A stretch of 30,343 bases of DNA from a virus, in IMG/VR virus record IMGVR_UViG_3300033149_003049, positions 1 through 30,343 of that record. The stretch is one strand, 5' to 3'. Shown here in pieces: positions 17,424 through 25,800 of this stretch (positions are counted from its first letter, which is position 1; the number at the start of each line of letters is the position of its first letter). A program made the translations under genes and the position numbers. The notes under the pieces were generated by a model. That model made no database searches, was not told the DNA's origin, and saw only the letters and a list, made by a program, of their open reading frames with translations.

Positions 17424-18126
17424 AAATCCCTCCTTGTGTCTGCTTCCAAGGCACTTTCGTGTATATCCAGCTATGTGGAAATCCTCTTAACATGCGATAA
17501 ATGGGTGAGCGATGCATATTTTCACGGATTTCATCCTGACTTAACGCATAATTATGAATACAAGGACTAGCAATTATGCCCTGGAAATACATTTCACTCA
17601 GTGTATTGTAGTAAAATCTCCCTATAACTGTTTTGGGAGTTGAATTATAGGCTAAGCCTCGTGTCTTTATATCTTCAAAAACACCATTAACATAAAGCTT
17701 ATTAGTGTCCTCTTTGTGAATTACAACTATATAATACCATTTGCGCATAAGTGGAAACCAAGAGGTCTCAACATAAGTGCAACCATCACTGTCACCAACT
17801 AGTGCGGAAATATTATGGCTAGTGCTGATTGACAAGTTAATCCCATGTTTGTAATCTGACTTATTTGTAATAATTCCATTCCAATCTTCTAATCTGTAAG
17901 CACATGCCCATACTCCGATAGTAATCTCTTGAGGATACAAACCCTTCTTCTGCCCACAATCAATATAATCAGTAGCCCAAGTAAACCTGTATCCCATTAC
18001 TCCAGGTGCAATCATATATGGCCTTGCGCCGCCGTAAGGCGTCCCGTGGTTGCCCTTTCTTGACAGGTCAACCCATTTGCCAGAGCGGACATCCAGTGGG
18101 TGATATGACAAGTCCAGGACTTTCAT
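17413..18126 (-). CDS. LamG/concanavalin A-like domain protein (237 aa)
   Basis: DLS..GNHGT, ITIGVW, WYYIVV......LYVNG, IG......F.G.I....I.N.ALS..EI pattern of LamG-like jellyrolls. Confidence 0.85.
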   Translation of the reverse strand: MKVLDLSYHPLDVRSGKWVDLSRKGNHGTPYGGARPYMIAPGVMGYRFTWATDYIDCGQKKGLYPQEITIGVWACAYRLEDWNGIITNKSDYKHGINLSISTSHNISALVGDSDGCTYVETSWFPLMRKWYYIVVIHKEDTNKLYVNGVFEDIKTRGLAYNSTPKTVIGRFYYNTLSEMYFQGIIASPCIHNYALSQDEIRENMHRSPIYRMLRGFPHSWIYTKVPWKQTQGGIYVP

Positions 18127-18296
18127 TCTGTTACTCCTACTTTCTCGGCAATTTTCTTCTGCCTGATAATTAACTCTTTAAACTTAGCCAAAAATATCTT
18201 GTTATGGTCAACTGGGTCAGGCACTTCTTTAATAATCTCCTCTACATGCACTCCGCCCAGTTTGTTTTTTGTCCGTTTGTATTCTTTAACTTTCAC
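18123..18296 (-). CDS. Small protein (57 aa, GTG start, MKVKEYKRTKNKLGGVHVEEII...); absent from the ORF track
   Basis: SD AGGAGG 5 nt upstream of the GTG; ATGA overlap with the LamG gene. Confidence 0.6.
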   Translation of the reverse strand: MKVKEYKRTKNKLGGVHVEEIIKEVPDPVDHNKIFLAKFKELIIRQKKIAEKVGVTE

Positions 18297-18336
18297 ATTT
18301 ACCTCCTAAAATCCAAGATAACTGTCATAACTGCCT

Positions 18337-18945
18337 CTATCTCAGAAACAATTCTATATAACTATCTGCACTTCCCCTTGAACAATTGAGCCTCATCTTT
18401 GCATTCTCAGTAGTGGCGATGTAACCATAAACTCTAACCCTTAAAGCCAACCTCTCATCTGCTGCAACTGTAAAGCCTGTACTCAAATCCAAAAATGCCT
18501 GTCCTGAGCACGTTTGGTAATCAGCAGAATTGGTAGAAAAGTTAGGCGTGGCATCAGCACTCACTTTACTGGTGAAATTACCTGAACTGTCCATCACACC
18601 AAGATTGAAAGTAGCCTTCGTCCAATAAATATTGCCATCAGTCTCCCCAGTTCTAGCAATGCTCACAGAACAAACTGCACGAACTGCCTGTGCTCCAATC
18701 TGTCTCGGCCGACCCACCAAATCAGCCAACACAAATGTCTTGTCTATCTGCAGAGCCTCACTAGTATCTGTAATTCCAGTCTTTTCCTCATAATCTAAGT
18801 CACTAGTGTCTGAATCCTCTAAATCTGATGGACTAGGGTTTTCCATCAACAAATATGTATGTGTAGAACCCCAAGGGTATGCGTCATTAACCTTCTGCGC
18901 AACAAGAATGGTCGAGCCCAACAAATCCTTTATCCAAACTCTCAT
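18337..18945 (-). CDS. Hypothetical protein (202 aa), possibly virion-associated beta-sandwich
   Basis: SD AGGGGGA; Ser/Thr/Asp-rich, beta-strand pattern; lies in the post-capsid island. Confidence 0.6.
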   Translation of the reverse strand: MRVWIKDLLGSTILVAQKVNDAYPWGSTHTYLLMENPSPSDLEDSDTSDLDYEEKTGITDTSEALQIDKTFVLADLVGRPRQIGAQAVRAVCSVSIARTGETDGNIYWTKATFNLGVMDSSGNFTSKVSADATPNFSTNSADYQTCSGQAFLDLSTGFTVAADERLALRVRVYGYIATTENAKMRLNCSRGSADSYIELFLR

Positions 18946-18962
18946 AGCCGTATCCCCCTACT

Positions 18963-19154
18963 TTATACTCTGCTCCCCCTAGCAATCTCCTCTTCCTGTT
19001 TTTTCAGCCGCCGCCTAGCCAACTGAACCTCCCTCACTACCCGCTTTCCCCCACTCTTTTTTAAATACTCCAACACTCTGTCTAAATTCCTCTCTAACAC
19101 ATCCACTTGACGCTGCAACTTAGCCAAATCAGCCTGTAAATATAAAATCTCCAT
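18963..19154 (-). CDS. Small coiled-coil protein (63 aa)
   Basis: SD GAGGAGGT; heptad pattern. Confidence 0.55.
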   Translation of the reverse strand: MEILYLQADLAKLQRQVDVLERNLDRVLEYLKKSGGKRVVREVQLARRRLKKQEEEIARGSRV

Positions 19155-19177
19155 TCTTCACCTACCTCCTCTCACTT

Positions 19178-19219
19178 AAAAAAATAGGGTAGAGGCCGAG
19201 GAGCAAAACCCCTACCCTA
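19178..19219 (-). terminator. Intrinsic terminator after the major capsid gene
   Basis: Minus-strand RNA UAGGGUAGGGG-13 nt loop-CCUCUACCCUA (11-bp stem, one G-U pair) followed by U7. A second hairpin TGGCAT/ATGCCA lies at 19225..19240. Confidence 0.8.
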
Positions 19220-19285
19220 CAAAATGGCATGCACATGCCAGAAAAGACTCTCATCCAAGCCGCTCCTCTAACTACCACTACCACC

Positions 19286-20266
19286 CTATTGAGAACTCCC
19301 AACATTCACCCTCAATACAGCTAGGTTGCTATCCACGATTTTTTCATCCTGATAGTAACCAACATGGATATCCTGCCTGCCTGCCTTGGGGTCAAAGGGG
19401 AACACCCTAACAACCCAGTTAGGCATATTAGGCACTGTCCATCTAAAGCTGTATCCAAAACTGGGCACATCAATAGCTGGTTTGGGTGGAATGTAGGCAT
19501 AGAGCACGCTGTCATTCCATATTTGGGAAAGAGACATAGTAGCCCCTTTCGCAGCAGTGTTATAGTACGCCCCGCCAATCAAGACCTTATCCACCTCAAG
19601 CAGAGTAGCCACCTGGTCTACCTTGGGGATGCCCCCACCATGTGGATATAGAAGCTCCCGTATCTCTTTACTATCACGGAACTTACGCCATGCTGCCTTT
19701 CCAAATACTATTACATTGGGTTTATATCCACTTATATCCTCCAGCATAGCTATATCACTTTGTGCATCCTCATAGGGGTCAGCATTATCTGTACCCCAAG
19801 CACTAGCCGTGGTAGTATATGTACCCACATTACTGGTGCTGGTCACCATACGAGCTACACGCAACTCATAGTTAATCAACAGTAAATCAGTGATAAAATT
19901 AGCCCGTCTCCGCCTAGACCGTATAGCCACATCAGCATTAGCTGCCTCCTCAGCAGTGATGTAAGTCCCTAGGGCATAATTAACACAGTTATACCCATCA
20001 CTACTTACATCAAAACTGACCATGTTAGGTGGCTGCCCAGGTACACGGTAATCACGAGTCTCCCTAAACTTATCCCCCTGATTGAACACATAGAAATTGT
20101 CACTCTTTTTTGTCACAGGGACAATGGGGAAAATCTGGTCTGCAATAAACCCCTGTGGCCTGTAATCTATTGCTAGATTACTCAGCGCTGCATCTATGTG
20201 TACATCATCAGGGCTCATATCATACATCTTCACCGTATATATTCTTCCCATTTCACTCATCTTCAC
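19286..20266 (-). CDS. Major capsid protein (phage capsid E-like, HK97 fold); probable start is the ATG at 20260
   Basis: DVHID..LSN.AI.Y....FIADQIFP.VPV motif; size; position after scaffold and cement; followed by a terminator. Confidence 0.88.
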   Translation of the reverse strand: MKMSEMGRIYTVKMYDMSPDDVHIDAALSNLAIDYRPQGFIADQIFPIVPVTKKSDNFYVFNQGDKFRETRDYRVPGQPPNMVSFDVSSDGYNCVNYALGTYITAEEAANADVAIRSRRRRANFITDLLLINYELRVARMVTSTSNVGTYTTTASAWGTDNADPYEDAQSDIAMLEDISGYKPNVIVFGKAAWRKFRDSKEIRELLYPHGGGIPKVDQVATLLEVDKVLIGGAYYNTAAKGATMSLSQIWNDSVLYAYIPPKPAIDVPSFGYSFRWTVPNMPNWVVRVFPFDPKAGRQDIHVGYYQDEKIVDSNLAVLRVNVGSSQ

Positions 20267-20274
20267 TTACCTCC

Positions 20275-20691
20275 TTATGGTACGCTAGTAACATTCGCTA
20301 CCGCATTTGCACAATGGATAAAAGCCACTGCTTGTCCACCGCTACTTGCACCTTCAATTACCCATCCAATTGTTCTCTTTCCACTTCCAGTTGTGCTACA
20401 ACTCAATGCCCATCCGCCACTTCCACAATAAATTTTATCACCAGCACTCACTGCACCCCCAACCTTTACTGGCGTCACACCAAGCGGGCAAACCTCAGCC
20501 CATTCACTTGCCTCTGGTTTGTTCTGTAACACCCCAGCGCACACTTGGGTGGGGGCTGCATCCACTACATCAACCTGAGCATCACCAGATATCTCCACTA
20601 AGAAATACTGTTTCCCGCTCAGGTCGTTCTCAGCCTTGGCTGTAAAATTGCAAGGCTGTCCACCTTTATATGGATTTCCACTATATGTCAT
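20275..20691 (-). CDS. Capsid cement/decoration protein (DUF2190-like)
   Basis: A..DL....Y.LV......GVLQNKP.......V..LG...V..G.AV.AGD pattern; directly upstream of the capsid gene. Confidence 0.75.
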   Translation of the reverse strand: MTYSGNPYKGGQPCNFTAKAENDLSGKQYFLVEISGDAQVDVVDAAPTQVCAGVLQNKPEASEWAEVCPLGVTPVKVGGAVSAGDKIYCGSGGWALSCSTTGSGKRTIGWVIEGASSGGQAVAFIHCANAVANVTSVP

Positions 20692-20704
20692 CGCTCTTTA
20701 CCTC

Positions 20705-21343
20705 CTATTCTTTAAACTCTGCATACCGCTTTGCTAGGTCTGGATCAGCTTTCAACACCGCTTCAAATGCCTCTGCATACTTAACTCTATGCTCTGCCAT
20801 ATACGCCTTCACCTTAGCATCCACCTCTTGCCCCACACTAGCAAACTCACCATCACCTTTTACATTACCCAACTGTTCGGTGAAAGAAACCTTGGAGTCT
20901 TGCCTTGTAAGGTAAATTCTAATCATATCAGCAAGACTAGCCTCTTTACTCTCACCCTTCTCATCCTTGACCTGATATTCTTTCTTCTCAGGTGCATAGA
21001 GAAGTAATTGGGTAACCAGTTCCTCATCCCTTGGCAGAACTTTGCCCTGTGCCTTGAGGTCTTTGACAAAGGTCTGGACTTCCATTGTCTTCTGCTTCAA
21101 CTCCAACTCCCTATTCTTTGCCTCTACCTCTTCAGCCTTTTTCCGCAGCTGTTCTGCCTCATCCCTGTACTTTTTCAGCTCACTAATTTCAGCCTCTTTT
21201 GCCTCAAGCTCTTGCTGGAGCTTTTTGGCTTCTTCCTCAGTAGCCTTCCTCTGCGCCTCCTTTAACTGCTCTACCTGTCCAGTGAGCTGTGCAATCTCCT
21301 CATCCTTCCTTTTAATCAACTCAGCAAATTCTTTCTCTGTCAT
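20705..21343 (-). CDS. Putative separately translated scaffold (212 aa) from an internal in-frame start, Met441
   Basis: AAGGAGG lies 8 nt upstream of the in-frame ATG at 21343, exactly where the coiled coil begins. Confidence 0.6.
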   Translation of the reverse strand: MTEKEFAELIKRKDEEIAQLTGQVEQLKEAQRKATEEEAKKLQQELEAKEAEISELKKYRDEAEQLRKKAEEVEAKNRELELKQKTMEVQTFVKDLKAQGKVLPRDEELVTQLLLYAPEKKEYQVKDEKGESKEASLADMIRIYLTRQDSKVSFTEQLGNVKGDGEFASVGQEVDAKVKAYMAEHRVKYAEAFEAVLKADPDLAKRYAEFKE

Positions 21344-22663
21344 CTCTTCATCCTCCTTCAATGAAAATAAATGTTTTGGGATTTCCTCATCTGGAACCCC
21401 CAGTTTTCTATATAAAGCCACCAGCTTTTGCTTGACTTTTTTAGTCTCGCCCGGTGGTAACTCTACCTTCCTACCCCTAAACCCACCTGGGCTAAGTGCT
21501 GCAACAGCCCTACCCAACTGAACTCTGGTTACTTTTTTATCAGGGTCCTCCCAAATCCGTAACTTCCAGGTGCTAGGTTTTTCTGGGTCTGGAACATATA
21601 AATAAGCTTCTTTTGGATACTGTACCCCATCCTCAGTCTTCATCACCTTAGCAAACCCCCTCCATTCCTCCACCGTATACGGTCTGCTTTCACTAAGTGG
21701 TAACGGGGGCGGGTTTAACCACTTTTTTGCCTCCTCCATCGTCCACTTCCTACGGTCAAATAACCAACTCTGTATATACACCCGCTCATCCTGTCCCTCT
21801 TTCAACACTCCCCCTACATACCGCACGCCCTCAGCACCGCTAAAAGTATTCTCCTTCAACGTGGTAACATCAAATGCGCTCTCAGGATGCACTTCTGCCA
21901 CTACATGCTCTAAATTCTCTTTCCACACTATCATATACTCCCTCCTTTCCTCACCAAGCTCATACACATGCAACTCCCCACTCTCATTCTGCTGGGTGAG
22001 GAACTTTGATATATCAGCCAAGGTGGTTACTGCTGGGATGCTTGAACCCAGTATGGCCACTGCACTGAGTACCCTGGGGTATTTCTTTCCCTCATCCCTG
22101 TAATTCCACAACACCTCTGCACTCCTTCTACCATACAACCCATTCTTAATCGCCTGCATAAGTGTTTTAGGGACATTGCTAATTGTAGCCAGTAGTTTCT
22201 TCCCCTTGCGTTTTAGCTCTGTAACAAAGCCAAGTGCCGGCTGCTCTGTAGCATCTTTAGGCTGAGCCTTATGACCTAACTTCACCACCGGTTTCCATTT
22301 CCCTTTTAACTCCTTAAAAGCCCTTACCATCTCGTCTAAGTCTGCCTCAGTATACTTATCACCATTCCACTCCCCTGCAGCAAAAACCTCTACATCCTTT
22401 AACACCCCTTTACTCTCATACTCCACTAGCACTACTTCACCCACATCATTGAACACCACATGGGGTGTCTCATCCACCTCTGCATTCACTTTTCTAGCCA
22501 CTGCATTAGCCTGCCGTATAGCACTAACCTCACACTCTTCCTGTTTCCTACCCTGCTTTAGACATCTATCAAGTGCACCATTGGCCACTCTTACCCAAAC
22601 CTCTTTCTGTTTATCATTTAGTCCTTTTATATGTTTCTCTACATCTTCTTTATTCCATGGCAT
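20705..22663 (-). CDS. Mu gpI-like prohead protease-scaffold fusion with extra domains (652 aa)
   Basis: Protease aa ~88-220 (VEVFAAGEW, KLGH131, S181AE, L.AVA.LG...PAV); C-terminal coiled coil; ChaB-like N-terminus. Confidence 0.82.
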   Translation of the reverse strand: MPWNKEDVEKHIKGLNDKQKEVWVRVANGALDRCLKQGRKQEECEVSAIRQANAVARKVNAEVDETPHVVFNDVGEVVLVEYESKGVLKDVEVFAAGEWNGDKYTEADLDEMVRAFKELKGKWKPVVKLGHKAQPKDATEQPALGFVTELKRKGKKLLATISNVPKTLMQAIKNGLYGRRSAEVLWNYRDEGKKYPRVLSAVAILGSSIPAVTTLADISKFLTQQNESGELHVYELGEERREYMIVWKENLEHVVAEVHPESAFDVTTLKENTFSGAEGVRYVGGVLKEGQDERVYIQSWLFDRRKWTMEEAKKWLNPPPLPLSESRPYTVEEWRGFAKVMKTEDGVQYPKEAYLYVPDPEKPSTWKLRIWEDPDKKVTRVQLGRAVAALSPGGFRGRKVELPPGETKKVKQKLVALYRKLGVPDEEIPKHLFSLKEDEEMTEKEFAELIKRKDEEIAQLTGQVEQLKEAQRKATEEEAKKLQQELEAKEAEISELKKYRDEAEQLRKKAEEVEAKNRELELKQKTMEVQTFVKDLKAQGKVLPRDEELVTQLLLYAPEKKEYQVKDEKGESKEASLADMIRIYLTRQDSKVSFTEQLGNVKGDGEFASVGQEVDAKVKAYMAEHRVKYAEAFEAVLKADPDLAKRYAEFKE

Positions 22664-22685
22664 TCTACTTCTCCCTCTTTATTGT

Positions 22686-22714
22686 TTTATAGGGTGATTT
22701 AGTTACAAAATTTA
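22686..22714 (-). promoter_or_regulatory. Conserved 29-nt motif, copy 2 (TAAATTTTGTAACTAAATCACCCTATAAA), upstream of the protease gene
   Basis: Same blocks and spacing as the copies at 25966..25994 and 11967..11995. Confidence 0.65.
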
Positions 22715-22828
22715 ATCCCCCTTCTTTCCTCCTTTCTTTTTTCCATACGGGGGGGTGGCTATTGAGCTATCATCTATCCCATCTGTTTTTATTTCCTCAT
22801 CTTCATCCTTCCTTCTAACACACCACAT
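22712..22828 (-). CDS. Micro-ORF (38 aa, MWCVRRKDEDEEIKTDGIDDSSIATPPYGKKKGGKKGD)
   Basis: TGATG overlap with the portal-fusion stop; its TAA is the first three bases of motif copy 2, as with the upstream genes at copies 1 and 3. Confidence 0.45.
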   Translation of the reverse strand: MWCVRRKDEDEEIKTDGIDDSSIATPPYGKKKGGKKGD

Positions 22829-25800
22829 CATTCCTTCTTTCCTCCTGGCAAAACACGATAATATCTAAAATTATATCGTTTGGACACCTTTTGCATAATC
22901 TCATGCGTATGGTCTTTCCAGATTGCCCATTCATCCTCTCCCGCTTTCCATCTTGACTCATACTTATCCATTAATGTATCTCTCTCTGCACCCCAACTAT
23001 AAAAAGCCTCCTCAGCCACAGACGTATAATCTATCCCTACTTTCTTCTCCATCACATACTTAGTCCCATCATGCCCATATACCACCATTCTTCGTATCCC
23101 CTGAGATTGGCAAAAAAGATATACATCTTGTGCACTAAAAGAGGCGCTGCCAGGATGGTTATGTATCCCAACTAACTTCCTTTTAGGGTTCTCCATCAAT
23201 GCAATTGTCTCCTCATCAAACTTCACTACACTCTTCCCCCCTACAAGCACCTTCCCCACTTGTCGTCCCTCCTCCATGTCTACCAAATAAGCTACTTCTA
23301 CCCCTTTACTCTTCCCAATCTCCAATGCACTCTCCCCTAACCTATCCACCACCTCTTCCACAACATACTGTGGAGGGGTAGAAGATGGGCCCCCCACTCT
23401 ACCCCCAAACTCTTCTGGTATCAGTGCCAACAGCTCATCCTTCTCCTGCCTAGTAATAGGGGTGAAGGGGTGTGTCATCATGTCATCCCTAGTTACTGGG
23501 ATCAGCAATGAACGGCAATTATGCACTACCACTCCATTAACCACATAACTCTCATCCCCCTCCACACTTAGGTTATATAACCGCTGGTGGTACTTCATCT
23601 GGCTAGTCCCTACAGCTATTACCACTGCTGTCACAAACCCCCCATCCTGCCATACTGTTATCCTATCACCCACCTCTAACCTCTTCACTGGTACCCAACC
23701 AGGGGTAGCCAACACTGGATGGTCTGGGGTAACTGGAGGGAGGGTTATAGTACCTGTTCCTATATCCAGTATCACCTTATATGCCAACCCTTTATAGGTA
23801 GTGGGGGCTTGGCGGTGGTGGACAAAAGTAACAGGCATATACCTGCCCAAATGGGTCAGCACTTTATCACCCAGCTTTATATCTTTAATTGGCTTGTAGC
23901 CTTTATCTGTTAGCACAGGGGTTTTAGGGGAGAGAAAACAATTGTGGTGCAGCGGAGGGATAAAACGCTCCATGTCTGGGTCATTCTTAGGTATCACTTT
24001 CCCATCAGCCTTTCTGCATATCTCAGTCGTCCTGCTGTCCAATATAGCAGAGAACTCCATCGCAGGGACATAATCCCCAGCTTGCTGCATCATGGATACC
24101 CGCCCATGATTATATGCTGCAGTGGTATTTGTCCGTACCAACTTTTCTATACTATACGGAGTGACAGCCCCTGGTACTAGTACCGCCGGGTCACCTACAT
24201 ATGGTTGATAGGCTTGTTGGATTTTCTGTATGGTCTCTTTCAGTGGAATGCCCTTTTTAAGGGACTCCATCAGGATGTTTTGCACCTTAAAACGGAGTTG
24301 TGAATTCAATATTTCCTTTGTTTGTATGCCTTTGCTCTTTAGCCATTCCAGCGCTGCTGTAGGTGCAAAAGGGTTAAGTCTCTTGTAGTGCTTCTTCCCT
24401 ATCTCCCTCTCTACCTCTTTCCTCCCCTCATAAAAAGCCAAACGGAGCATCTCAGTGATAACCTCTTGCAACTTACCACCATACTTCAGCTCTAGCTTTT
24501 GTATCAGGGTAGGGCGCAACTCCCCTTTCCCCATTCTCTTACTCACAAAATCAATCAACCAGTCCCTTTGTTGCTTTATTACCCCTGTTATCTTCTCCAC
24601 GCTGTTCCTATCCAACTGGTCTAGGTATCTTTGTATCCGTTCAAATTGACATTTTTTCTCATATGGGCTGAGGGGGCGGAAATAAGTAGTGTAAGACCTA
24701 AGCTGATATCCCCCCTCTTCCTCCTCTCTTTCAGGCCAGCCAAGATGTTGCCGTAGCTTATTCTCATCTTTAAGAGTAGGTGATATGACTCCTTTTTCCA
24801 CTGCATCAATAAACAACTTAGCCATAGCCTGTCGCTTTTCCTCATCCATTGGTCTGAATTTAAATTTGGGGTATTTGTCCACAGCATAATTAAAACTGAC
24901 TAGCTCCCTTACCAACTGCTCATTCAGCACCTCTTCCAAGTCCCGCCTATGTTTGTCTACAATCTGGAGAAACACATCAAAATGAACCTTCCCCTGACTG
25001 TAACTACCGTAATGTCCTTGTTCACTTACCCCTAACAAATTGGGTATTAACAAACTACGTGCGATAGCCATATCATGGACAGCAATGGCATCCTTGTATG
25101 TAGACGCCCCCCGTCCACTCACCTCTGGAAAGTCCAGCTCTACCCCATCAGGTAATACTATACTAGTTCTAGCCTGTAGGTTGTCTAGAATATTTTTTAG
25201 GGTTGTCCTTTCATTTTTAGTCAAAGCCTTCTTTAGTGTCCCCACGGCAGGCGGCATACTATACCGTTCTAGATAGATGTTATACAGTTTTATTATCACG
25301 TCCTTGCTCCACCACGCTCTGTAGGCTTCTCGTAAATCACTTACACCGTACCAATTATCAAACTCTTTGCGGTAAGTGTAAATAATGAACTTATTTGGGG
25401 GGAGCTTACGTGTGCCGAAGCCCTGCCACACCCCATTCTTTCGTAAATTACCAAACTCATCCACATCAAAATCCACCCCATGGGGTTTCCTAGTCTTTAT
25501 TGCCTTTACCCCTACCTTTCCACCATAGGGCTCAGTGCCTGGGAGCAGGGTATAAACTTTTTCACTCACACTAAATCCATAGTCAAATGCTGTCATAATG
25601 TTCAACAACACATCTTCAAACGTCCCCTTTACTCTCTCTAAGTTATGTTTCACAAACTCTGCTACTTCTATATCAGCCTCATCATCACTAGCTGGCTCTA
25701 CCACCCAGCCTGAACACAACACAGCAAATTTACGTAGGTTCATGCATCCCTTCACTGTGTCATCCCTGCGTATTTTGTCATATATCCTCAACCCACCTTT

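Noticed and set aside
18300-18329. 9-codon ORF MTVILDFRR containing the SD of the next gene
   Set aside because: Too short to support, and not coupled by overlap to the upstream stop.
3056-24887. Short alternative-frame minus-strand ORFs (3056..3268, 5448..5666, 7930..8154, 10083..10274, 19321..19578, 24621..24887)
   Set aside because: They are nested in longer genes with clear motifs and show no protein signatures.
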